Source: Giardia intestinalis (Eukaryota). Taken from it: a stretch of 64,000 nt of DNA. The stretch is from the NCBI GenBank assembly GCA_000002435.2, contig CM018791.1; one strand, 5' to 3'. The position numbers and the translations under genes were made by a program. Positions within the stretch are counted from its first letter, which is position 1. Each line of letters opens with the position of its first letter. Below the pieces are notes generated by a model. That model was not told the origin of the DNA. It saw nothing but the letters and a program-made list of their open reading frames with translations, and ran no database searches. Shown here piece after piece: positions 41,658 through 51,256 of this stretch.

Positions 41658-43125
41658 GCGCCGACTATGTATACAGACCCTTCTGCGTTCGGTTTGGGTT
41701 TTCTTGGCGGCATACTTGAATTGATGTGGAAAGGGGTGCATCTGTTACAGGAGCCTCTTGTCGATGCACACAAGCACTCACTACAGCCCAGTACACATTT
41801 TCTGGTGTCTCATTTCTTCTGCAACTTGCGTATACCTAGGAAAAGACAAGCCCTTCTGAGAGTTATTGATCCAGTGCCTTAGAGGAACGCGGTCACTTCA
41901 TAGGCCTTATGCACAGGCCAAAAGTCCATAGAGGTCAGCCAGAAGGTCACAAATCACCGAGCAGAAAACCACTTTGATCCCGCAGAGGGGCGTTGGCTCC
42001 TCTGCAAAGAAGTGCACTAGGCAATGTGATAGTTAGACACTCCCCTATTAGAGTCCTTCAGGATGATGGTCAAGAGGACAAGAGCAGCAGTTTTTCTTAT
42101 CGACCGTGACATCCGTGGAGCAAGGGGCGTGCAAGGCCCCACAGGCGAGGAGCACAGAAGAACACAGGGAGCGTGGGGTCACTGGCAACCCGTAACTTTT
42201 TATATCTTGGCGGCCGGTCTCAGCACTTCGTAGGTGCAGATATGAGAAGCTGGGCTGAATGATCTGCTGGTGTAGGGGCCGACACACACTTCTCCAAGGA
42301 TTCTGCCATGGATGACGACGATGGTAGGCCGCACCACTGCAGGACCGACGCACGCCAGAAATAGATGAAAGGCTCGCAAGCAGGCGCAGACTGGAGCGCC
42401 AGTCGCTAGCCGGATCACCCGCACAGGCACGCTTTGGTCACTTCAATAGATGGTTCAGTGGCACCTTAACGGAAAACACTGCTGCGCTCCACTTGCTGGC
42501 CCATTTAAGGCACGCAGGTTCGACTGGTCCCAGGGCCACCGCTAAGCGTGGCATGACAGGCTATCTCCCAACATCGGGCGGCAGTAAGACTCACGCCTAC
42601 TTTTAGCCAACTGGGCTCGAAGCAATCCATGCCCTTGCGGGTCCATATTGGCGTGGTCTGTACAGCTATGCGCAGTGATGCATGGTAGGTCCCGGAACCG
42701 TGCTCGCCTTATGATGTGGTACAAGATCTACAAGAAAGGACTAGCCGAAAGATACAGGGTTCATGTGCACGTGCCTTTTCATCAGATCATCAGTGCAGCG
42801 GAGGGCCTCCTTCACGATGGCGACGAGCACTACCGTGAGTGGGTGGTCGTCTGTGTCCTGCCGCCCAGATGGCCAACTCTGATGAGAGAGTCCCATTTGT
42901 CATCTATTGCCATAATCAAGTACCCTTTCCTGTACTTCTAGATACCCCCATCGCTGGCTGACCACTTCGTGAGGAACTTCTATCCGATGCCCTTAGTGCA
43001 GGCATGTCTTTCTATGGAAGATGCAGGGATAGTCACTGAGCCGGCAGGCCGGAGTTTCAGGTAGCACCGGCCTCGGGTTGGCGCCCACGGTGGGCGATCT
43101 GTTCGGCTATAATCTTAGTTAAAAT

Positions 43126-43779
43126 ATGCAATTTGATGATAAGCTTGGCTGCCAGCTTCTTCACGACGCATTAAAATACAAGGATAGTATACAGAGAACA
43201 ATTACAAGAAGCAGTATTCGCAGCCGAACACGGCTCAAACAACTATCTGATGTCACAAAGAGACAGATCAAAGAAATCGAGCTCATGCGTAGAGACACTC
43301 ACCCCTTTTTTCTTCCTACTGATTATGACAAGGATGGGCGCATAAAAGACTGCATGAGTGTTGTAGAGCGTACAACCCCTGGAGTTCGATTTTCTGCGTT
43401 TGAGAAGCATGCCGGATATCTCTCCCAGCTTAGTGAGCCGGGTTATGCTATAGATGATACCGACAGAGTCAGCAACAGAAATCTCCCCGCAGAGACGTAT
43501 ACTCAAGCCATGCGGATGGGGCAGCTTTCCACGTTAGATGAAGATGTGATAATCTCAAAGAGCTCGCTCCCTTTTCTCTCTGTAGCAGCAGATTCAGGGT
43601 ACATACTTACCCGTCGCATATGTAGCCCTCTGATTTCTGTTCGGGACATCCGTCTAACCTCGTCTACCCAAGACTCTGACATATGGAAGCACAAATCAGT
43701 TAGTTGTGCAACTACAACTACAACTTCACCCTCACAATGTGCAGCCAGGCTTTCTGCATTAGATGTTATCCTCTATTAG
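43126..43779 (+). CDS. hypothetical protein
   Basis: 217-aa ORF with no recognisable domain. Confidence 0.4.
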   Translation: MQFDDKLGCQLLHDALKYKDSIQRTITRSSIRSRTRLKQLSDVTKRQIKEIELMRRDTHPFFLPTDYDKDGRIKDCMSVVERTTPGVRFSAFEKHAGYLSQLSEPGYAIDDTDRVSNRNLPAETYTQAMRMGQLSTLDEDVIISKSSLPFLSVAADSGYILTRRICSPLISVRDIRLTSSTQDSDIWKHKSVSCATTTTTSPSQCAARLSALDVILY

Positions 43780-43797
43780 TTTTTGTCTTAAAAACTC

Positions 43798-44379
43798 ATG
43801 TCGGCATTAGAGCTATATTTGGTTGGCGATTACAACGGTGCGATCGAGAAGTCTAAACAGGCTGCAAAAGATCCTGGGTCTCTTGCTCATCTCGCTGGAT
43901 TTCTGGCCCATATGGCACAGGGGAAAACGGCCCCAATCCCCACAGGTGGCTATGCATCGGCTCTTGAGAGTATGGCTAAAGGCATCAAGGTACAGAAAGG
44001 AAGCGATTATCCTGAGTGTGTTTCTGTAGTCCGCGCTCTAATGGACCTAATGAAGAATGATCCTGACAGCGCATACACAGAAGTTACTGCTCTTATTAAC
44101 CGGTCAGTGAACGACGAAGCCAGGAGAAAGATAGAGAGTGTGGGATTCCTACATTATATTCGTATCCTTGCGCTTTTGCAGATGAATCAGTTGCCTTTAG
44201 TCAAACGGGAAATGGGGCTTCTTCAGGCCGCCGAGAGTGGTTCACCCCTATATTCTGTAGCAGATTGCTTGGTTTATGGGACTCATCGATCATTTAACTC
44301 TCTGAAGGCTAGGTTTGGAGTTACTGAGCAGATACAGTATCTGGCAGAGCTACATGGATACAACCTTATTGGCAAGTAG
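43798..44379 (+). CDS. hypothetical helical protein; weak TPR/epsilon-COP-like impression
   Basis: 193-aa ORF. The domain assignment is not secure. Confidence 0.35.
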   Translation: MSALELYLVGDYNGAIEKSKQAAKDPGSLAHLAGFLAHMAQGKTAPIPTGGYASALESMAKGIKVQKGSDYPECVSVVRALMDLMKNDPDSAYTEVTALINRSVNDEARRKIESVGFLHYIRILALLQMNQLPLVKREMGLLQAAESGSPLYSVADCLVYGTHRSFNSLKARFGVTEQIQYLAELHGYNLIGK

Positions 44380-44433
44380 CCGATTGTATAAGAATAATTA
44401 TAGGTAGTGCTGTGAACGGATTTACTCCTCTTC

Positions 44434-46578
44434 CTATTTCTTCCTGGCCTTATTGAGGTCTATGGAATGGCTGAGCTCTTCCTCTTTCTGCAGGGCCTGC
44501 TTGAACGCAGATAGATTCCCTTTAAGCGTTGTTATAGCCTCTTCTTTTCTAGATAAAATGTCTGAAAGCTTCACTAGCCAGTCATCTATGGAGACTTGGT
44601 CGTTCTCAATTGCATGAAGTAGGGCAACCTCTTCCTTCACCAACTGCATCATTGAATCAACTTGGCGGCGGTGGGCTCTGACGATAAGATCCTCCTGCTC
44701 GTAGATAGAGTCTACAAGATCGCAGTGTGTTCTGACCATGTCGTCCTCATCTGTCGTTTCAACACGTGGTTCAAAGGCTGGCTTGCTATTTGGTGGGTTA
44801 TAGTTTGGATTGTAGTGTGGTTGAGGAAGATTTTGCTGGATCTGACGTGCAGTTATCGGGGCCTGAGAAGCAGGTGGCACTCTTGCCTGCTGCGAAGGAG
44901 CTGCATTCACGCCTACAATCCCCGCTTTGTAGACGTCATTCTCATCGTCTCTAGCGGTGCCGAGAATAACGTCTGCGGCATTTTGCCCCATCTTTAGAAC
45001 ATTGAACTTAATGATACCTCCCTTCCCATGCTGGAGCTCTTTGACTCTGTCGGCATAGCGCAGAGTATTGAGGGTGTTATCACAAGATTTGTCGTTAGGA
45101 CTGATATTGGCAATCATCACTGTCTGAGAGTTACCAATGAAGGAGTCACGTAGGACCATCGTGAGCTTGGAGCCCCTGAACGGAATATGTGCGCCAGACT
45201 TACTATCATTCGATTTGTCCATGGCACGGATGCACTCCTTTAGTGCCAATAAACTCTTATTGATCTCTGCACCTTCCATGCGTGTCTGCCTGTCACTGTT
45301 TTGAACGTCTGATGCTCTTTCAGAACCAGCTAGATCAATGAAGCTAATTCTACTGTACTCTTTACCAGACTTAGTGTACTTGAGTGCAATCTGTAGTATG
45401 GCGTGAGATCTAGACGAATCTGCATTTGCCCCGGTGGCTCCAACAGCACGAAGAGTCAATCCAGAATCTATCAAGTTCAGCATAGCGTCAACTGAAGAAA
45501 TCTGCTTCTCCGTAAGGCCCGTAATTTGTACGTTCCCCTTTCCATCTTCAAGAGCCTGTAGGCGCTGCCGATTGTTTAAAAGATCGAATAACTTTCCGCC
45601 ATATATCTCAAAGAAGCTCACAACAGGCACCAGAAACTTGCTGTTATTCCCTTGGCTGCCGTTATACACTCGCAGATACTCCAAAATATCGAAGCAGGCC
45701 AAGACATAGATACCGTTGTCCTTATGCATCATAGTGAAAGATTTCCCCGAGCCAGTTTGTCCATACGCAAAGACAGTGCAGTTTTTGCCCTCGAACACAC
45801 TACGAATAAGAGGCTTTGCAGCGTATTGGTAAATCTCCTGATTGTCTGATTGTTCATTGAAGACGTGATCGAATTTAAAGGTGTGCAGATCTGTGTACTT
45901 GGTTAAATCAACCTTGACCTTCGGCTCGTGAATGGAAACCTGGTTCCAGCCATCTGCAGTAACGACATCCCGCTGGTTCTGGCTAAGCTCCTTGGGATTG
46001 ATAGGCCTTTTTCTAATTACCACGCGGATGCGGGATTGGATTTGGTTGAGGAAGAGGTCGACGGGGGGTACAACCGTCCTGTTAACAGTCGGGATGCCCC
46101 GGGGATTAGGTGGGTTGGGGGCATTTGGATGATAGGGGATGGTTGGTATAACGTAGTCGTCGCCATTTGCTGGTCCCGAGCCTTGGGCAGAGACATATGG
46201 TGGCTCATAACCACCGTCATACGATTCATAAAGTGACATGTCCTGGGCTTGCTGGATATCATTCTGTTTTTGCTTGTCTCCGACAAACCTATCTCCTTGA
46301 GCAACATGGGGTGAAACATGAGAGGAGGGAACGGATTGGGGTGTTGCTCCTGTATTTGGAGCCGATGGCTGCTGCTCGAGGATATTCTCGCGCGATTTCA
46401 GGGTGGTGATAAGACGAAACAACTTCTGCTTATCTGGCAGCGCTTGTATGCCAAGTGCTCCATAGTCCTGAATTGTAATAGTGATAAAGCGCTGAGGGGT
46501 AATACCTTGCTGTTCAAAAGCAGGGTAATACTGTTGCAGATTTGCTGACTCGAGCCACTGGTAAACCAAGTCAGACAT
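44434..46578 (-). CDS. kinesin-13 (MCAK-like depolymerising kinesin) with N-terminal SAM-like domain
   Basis: 714 aa. The motor has the P-loop FAYGQTGSGKSFTM. It carries the kinesin-13 neck/loop signatures KVDLTKY...F.FDHVF and KECIRAM, plus the switch region DLAGSER. The motor is central, as in kinesin-13. Confidence 0.85.
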   Translation of the reverse strand: MSDLVYQWLESANLQQYYPAFEQQGITPQRFITITIQDYGALGIQALPDKQKLFRLITTLKSRENILEQQPSAPNTGATPQSVPSSHVSPHVAQGDRFVGDKQKQNDIQQAQDMSLYESYDGGYEPPYVSAQGSGPANGDDYVIPTIPYHPNAPNPPNPRGIPTVNRTVVPPVDLFLNQIQSRIRVVIRKRPINPKELSQNQRDVVTADGWNQVSIHEPKVKVDLTKYTDLHTFKFDHVFNEQSDNQEIYQYAAKPLIRSVFEGKNCTVFAYGQTGSGKSFTMMHKDNGIYVLACFDILEYLRVYNGSQGNNSKFLVPVVSFFEIYGGKLFDLLNNRQRLQALEDGKGNVQITGLTEKQISSVDAMLNLIDSGLTLRAVGATGANADSSRSHAILQIALKYTKSGKEYSRISFIDLAGSERASDVQNSDRQTRMEGAEINKSLLALKECIRAMDKSNDSKSGAHIPFRGSKLTMVLRDSFIGNSQTVMIANISPNDKSCDNTLNTLRYADRVKELQHGKGGIIKFNVLKMGQNAADVILGTARDDENDVYKAGIVGVNAAPSQQARVPPASQAPITARQIQQNLPQPHYNPNYNPPNSKPAFEPRVETTDEDDMVRTHCDLVDSIYEQEDLIVRAHRRQVDSMMQLVKEEVALLHAIENDQVSIDDWLVKLSDILSRKEEAITTLKGNLSAFKQALQKEEELSHSIDLNKARKK

Positions 46579-46788
46579 GTTTTAAAATGTGAATTTTGTA
46601 CTTGATACTTTTAATGATCTATGGCACAAAACCACCAAGGTTTACCTTTCCAAGTCTAGGATAAAAGAGTAAATTGGTAAGAGGAGACAGTGTCTTCTTG
46701 CGCCAATTCCTTTACAAGGACTCTTAGTCTCTGGCATGTAATTGCGCTCCGATGACTGAGACGCTCCTTGATTTAATTAATTAAAACT

Positions 46789-47805
46789 ATGTTTACTCGT
46801 GAACGGATAGAGAAAGCCGTGGAGATAGCTGTGACCCACGGCTACAAGAGCACACAGGATCCGAATCAGAAACGAAAAGACCTCTTTGATGAAGCGTCAG
46901 CCACTCACAGAGTATACTTGGTGGTCATTCTACACAACATACCCCCAGAGCCCTCTGAGATCCCCCGACCTATTCTGGTCACACATCCAATCTTCCCACT
47001 AGCCTCTACACTTAGTGGAGTAGTTGAGGAGAAAGACGTTGAGCTAGTTAAGACCAACGCTATCTTTAACAAACTTACGACAATTGAAGAGATACGCGAC
47101 GTACATCTTACTTTCCAGATGAGGCGTGATCTTGTCAAGGCGTACGATGTCTATGCATGCAACACGAATTTATATAATCAGGTCCTCAAATATGGGGGAA
47201 AATCGTTTACTTGCAAGCATACCATTGTGTGCACTGACTCACCGATGGAGGCAGTCTCTAAGGAGGAGGTCATGTGCACCACGCAGCTTCGTGACCCGAG
47301 GGGAAATAACCTTTCAATCAAAATAGGCTACTTCAATGCGACAGACCCCGATGAGGAGGTACAGAAAGGCCTTACAGCCAAGCTAGCAGATAATGTCCTT
47401 GATGTGATTAAATCATTTGACAAGACTCTGCCTGGAGGCTTCAAGAACTGCAAGTTACTTGCTATAAATTTAGTGCCCGGTCACGGCTTACCAAATGTTC
47501 CTTTCTACGAGTCAGTCCTTCCCAAGAACGAAAGGATATTTGAAGAACATCCTATTCGGCCTCCAGATCCCCTGGACACTGCCATTCGAGAGCTTTATCG
47601 AGATATGGAGGAGCAGGGGATGATAGATGAAGAAATGAAGGCACTAGAGCCCAGAATGTCAAGACGCGAGCGAGAACGCGCAGGTCTTCCGCGCATTCGA
47701 GCGTCAAGATCCAAGCAAGAGCAACCTACAGATGCTGATAAGCACGTCTCTGACAAGGGTGAGAATAGCAATGATAGCGACAGTGAAGAGGGAGATAGTG
47801 ACTGA
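46789..47805 (+). CDS. ribosomal-L1-domain-like nucleolar protein (Cic1/RSL1D1-like), acidic Ser-rich C-terminus
   Basis: 338 aa. The pattern KAVEIAV...YLVVIL...ILVTHPI...LVKAYDVYACNTNLYNQVLKYGG is reminiscent of L1-domain proteins. The C-terminus ends SDSEEGDSD. Confidence 0.35.
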   Translation: MFTRERIEKAVEIAVTHGYKSTQDPNQKRKDLFDEASATHRVYLVVILHNIPPEPSEIPRPILVTHPIFPLASTLSGVVEEKDVELVKTNAIFNKLTTIEEIRDVHLTFQMRRDLVKAYDVYACNTNLYNQVLKYGGKSFTCKHTIVCTDSPMEAVSKEEVMCTTQLRDPRGNNLSIKIGYFNATDPDEEVQKGLTAKLADNVLDVIKSFDKTLPGGFKNCKLLAINLVPGHGLPNVPFYESVLPKNERIFEEHPIRPPDPLDTAIRELYRDMEEQGMIDEEMKALEPRMSRRERERAGLPRIRASRSKQEQPTDADKHVSDKGENSNDSDSEEGDSD

Positions 47806-47898
47806 GGTTAAGTATCAGGATTGAGAGTAAATCTATTGGGTGTATTTGGGTATATATAGAATTATACTAGCGAGGTTATATATAGAGGGCTTTTGCTG

Positions 47899-49899
47899 CT
47901 AGGTTGGCTGTAGTGTTGGGGGTGAGTGAATAACATCTGCGGCATGCACGGCGACTAGTATTTGCTGTGATGGATCACGGTGTTTCGAGGCAGTGTCTTT
48001 TGGCACTACCGTAGGTGCTACAACCTTCTTCTGCGGTCCTGTCAAAACCCTTTTTAATAAGTGAGGATTCTTACCAGCTAACCCTTTATCAGTACCAGAA
48101 GACACACCGCTGGCGCTACGGGTAGAAGCGCCCTTGTCCAGTGGAACTATGATCGGTAGAGTATCTGAAGATACCTTTGAACTTACAGATCTCAACTTTT
48201 CTGAAGAACGTATATCCTGTCCAAATGGCACAGTGCCATCTTCTTTGGTAATGACAGAAAGTGTCCCACGGCCGGCAAGCAGTTCATGCGTTGTTTTAGG
48301 AGCCTTCCGCGGATAGTTGTGGGGCTCCAACGGATGTGTCTCTAAGTCGGGATCGGGATCGCCATGAACATGGGCGTTGGCATGGGCGTGGTGCAGTAAT
48401 GGATCGTCCTTTGTATCACACCCCCGTATCACCGGACTCTGTTGCGACCTCTTTGTTCGAAACATCACCATGCGACTGTCTTCAAGAGGCCCGACTGAGA
48501 GAACTGCTGTGTATGTGTTCTTAAAGGTGATAGATCTTCCATGGAGATAAGAATACTGAGATGTTTGCACAGGATTTAAAGATTTGAACGTGTGCTTTGT
48601 TGGGTTGGGCACGCTGTTTGCTGGGTATGAAGATTCTAAGGCTATTGGAAGCCTTTTAGCATTGGAATTGTTGATAGGAGAGACCTCACCCGACGAAACT
48701 ACTGCTGGTGGTGCTGTGGACAGGGCATCACTGGATGCTAGTGCAGCTTTAGACGACCTTTTATCTGATGCACTGTGCAAAGCATGAGGAGTACCAGGGG
48801 ACAGCAATTTTTCTGCTGACGTAAGAGCAGTGACAGTGTGTGATAGCGGCTGTGGACTTCCCTTCTCTTGGATAGAAGAAAGATCTGAGTCTATACCCTT
48901 AAGACATACAAGATTAGACGTTTCACAGATGGGATAGACTTCTGAGTCCCTACTATCAGAATCTATACTGAGTTGACTTTGAGCCAACGAGTTTTTAAAA
49001 GCAGTAGAACGAGGAGTAGTTCCAGCGTGCTTCTGCTCTTTATTTAATAGCTTAGATGAGACATGCTTTGCTGCGGCTTCTCCCTTAGTGTTTAACAAGT
49101 TGACCAGCGAAATCGACGATGGAATGCTCATAGGCGTTGCACCGATCCCCAGTCTGTGCCGTGTCTTGCCTGCCAAACTGTTGAAATCCATGCTTCTGGC
49201 CATTGGGTCGTGTAGTCCTGGGAGATTCCCCGCAGAATCTTGCTTGATCGATAGGCTCCGCTGTATCCGGGGGATATTATCTGTGTACTTGGCTGGAGTC
49301 ACACGAGTTATCTGATGTGCGTCGCTGGATGGAATAGGGTCTCCAAACGGGTCATCGTAAAGCTCTGGATTGCAGAAGTCATACTTGGTGGTGTCTTGTG
49401 TGCGTGTTAGTGAATTAAGATAATCATTATGCGGACAGGACGAAAGCTGCGGGAGCTGCATTTTATCTAAGTCGTTGAAGGGAAGCGTGCTCGGCAGATC
49501 GTGATCAATAGTAGATAGTAGAAAGGTGTTGAGCGGAAGTTCAGTATGTAGCTTTTCTTGGTAATGCTGATCTGTAGTAAGGTGGACACCTAAGCCTCCT
49601 ATTGCCGGGTTACTTCCTGATGCCTTTGAAGCAGCCAGTGAGTGGACCACTCCGGGATTGTGCTCAGACTTGCTACCGAGATCACTTGTATTGCCAGCTC
49701 CTTTTGTTTGGGTGGTTAGAAGTTTAGAATAAGGTTGTCGCCGGCCGCGCCAATCAAATAAATCCACCTTTCTTTGCATCTGTTGAGCAAGTGGCTGAGT
49801 AACGGAAGTAAACCCCGGCCTCCCGGAACCGCTTAGTAATTCCCTGAATCTACTATCAGGACCGCGGGCTGCAAGAGCGAACCCCTCTCCCCGCATCAC
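47899..49899 (-). CDS. hypothetical Ser/Thr/Pro-rich protein
   Basis: 666-aa ORF, low complexity. Confidence 0.45.
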   Translation of the reverse strand: MMRGEGFALAARGPDSRFRELLSGSGRPGFTSVTQPLAQQMQRKVDLFDWRGRRQPYSKLLTTQTKGAGNTSDLGSKSEHNPGVVHSLAASKASGSNPAIGGLGVHLTTDQHYQEKLHTELPLNTFLLSTIDHDLPSTLPFNDLDKMQLPQLSSCPHNDYLNSLTRTQDTTKYDFCNPELYDDPFGDPIPSSDAHQITRVTPAKYTDNIPRIQRSLSIKQDSAGNLPGLHDPMARSMDFNSLAGKTRHRLGIGATPMSIPSSISLVNLLNTKGEAAAKHVSSKLLNKEQKHAGTTPRSTAFKNSLAQSQLSIDSDSRDSEVYPICETSNLVCLKGIDSDLSSIQEKGSPQPLSHTVTALTSAEKLLSPGTPHALHSASDKRSSKAALASSDALSTAPPAVVSSGEVSPINNSNAKRLPIALESSYPANSVPNPTKHTFKSLNPVQTSQYSYLHGRSITFKNTYTAVLSVGPLEDSRMVMFRTKRSQQSPVIRGCDTKDDPLLHHAHANAHVHGDPDPDLETHPLEPHNYPRKAPKTTHELLAGRGTLSVITKEDGTVPFGQDIRSSEKLRSVSSKVSSDTLPIIVPLDKGASTRSASGVSSGTDKGLAGKNPHLLKRVLTGPQKKVVAPTVVPKDTASKHRDPSQQILVAVHAADVIHSPPTLQPT

Positions 49900-49973
49900 C
49901 TATACCGCAAAACAATTTTTTGAAGCTAAATTGCCTCAAAGCTTAAGTCCTTGTTTGAGGCCTTTCATTCTTA

Positions 49974-51239
49974 ATGCCTGCCATCGAGCTCTCTCCTCTC
50001 CAAGCTCAGTTCATGCCTGATATAAGCTCTCTCTGGTGCGTTAATCGCATTTCCACTTATACAGAACAAACTCCCGTTGTTATCTTGCTTTTCATGTCAT
50101 GGTCCATCTCTTGTAGAGAGGCTCTTATCCAAATTCTAAATTTGCAACGCTCCCAGCCTGGGGTTTACTATCTTTGTATCTCTAAGGAGCACTCATCAGC
50201 CATTCGTAGTGAAATGCAATCTGCCCCGGAGCTTCTTCTGCTAAATGTCTTTACCGACCCTAAGCACGTGCTAAAACCATTCCTCATTGCAAATACTATT
50301 ACCACAGTTCCTACTGCCATCCTTTTTGCTTCGAACAAGCGCATGATGTGGCACGGGCACGCACTTTCCCCAGAGTTTACGGAAAAGTTCACAAAGTTGA
50401 TTCGCCAGTCACATATCAAGGTGTACAACGAGGATGCCCTCCTCTTCAAGACCTTGAGGTCATCTAGCTGTCGATCCATTTCTGCAAGAAGATCTCCAAC
50501 AGGAAACGGCAGTACATCCCTTATGGCGTCGCTACTAACAAATAAGGTCAGTTCAGGGGACATTCCAGAGGAGAGTAGTACGTTACAAGAAGGCTACACA
50601 AAGGCGCACAGTCCACTTGTTAGAAGCACACGGATTCACCGAAGCAAGCAGCGACCATCCAGTGTGCAACGCGCAAGCCAAATAATACACTCAGCTACGC
50701 ATGATATGCTGGCAGTCAGTCTTAGGGAAAACGATCTAGCGGTGTCATCTCTCACAGATAAGCAGCTACCACAAAGCAGCTACCCGATAGAGCGTGTGCT
50801 AGCTACCTCAGCATTGTGGAAAACGCTGTCTCCACCAAGAACATATGCACAAAGAGCACCAACCTCAGACAATGCGAAGAAATATCTAATACGGTCTCCC
50901 AGAAAAGAAAGAACTGATCCCCTGCAACCTCTGCGATCTCCTACAAGCATCATCAGGGCTGAGCTGTCAGAGGCAACAGGTGAAGAGAGTAGTTACCCAT
51001 TAGTGGAGGAGGCACCACCTAGGCAATCCCTCTCTAAGCCTAGAATCTTACACAGATCATCAGTTGTCGCAGAGAATGTGAAGAAGGAACTAGGGTGGAT
51101 GCTCATGAAGCAGGATAGCATTCTACCCAAGCCACTCCGGATACCAGAGTCATTTCCAGTAGATGTCCTCAGAGATTCAGAAGGCACGCAGCAGCTATTT
51201 AATAAATCTGCTGTATTTTTAAGACGGATGAACGTTTAG
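49974..51239 (+). CDS. hypothetical protein
   Basis: 421-aa ORF. Confidence 0.45.
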   Translation: MPAIELSPLQAQFMPDISSLWCVNRISTYTEQTPVVILLFMSWSISCREALIQILNLQRSQPGVYYLCISKEHSSAIRSEMQSAPELLLLNVFTDPKHVLKPFLIANTITTVPTAILFASNKRMMWHGHALSPEFTEKFTKLIRQSHIKVYNEDALLFKTLRSSSCRSISARRSPTGNGSTSLMASLLTNKVSSGDIPEESSTLQEGYTKAHSPLVRSTRIHRSKQRPSSVQRASQIIHSATHDMLAVSLRENDLAVSSLTDKQLPQSSYPIERVLATSALWKTLSPPRTYAQRAPTSDNAKKYLIRSPRKERTDPLQPLRSPTSIIRAELSEATGEESSYPLVEEAPPRQSLSKPRILHRSSVVAENVKKELGWMLMKQDSILPKPLRIPESFPVDVLRDSEGTQQLFNKSAVFLRRMNV

Positions 51240-51256
51240 TCTGTGATCTATGAAGA

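Noticed and set aside
37110-41741. Very long ORFs antisense to (37110..41741, 1543 aa) and frame-shifted on (37252..41577, 1441 aa) the VSP tandem array
   Set aside because: They exist only because the 120-bp unit lacks stops in those frames. Their translations are the same 40-aa nonsense unit repeated. The VSP frame is the one with a signal peptide, CXXC modules and a CRGKA tail.
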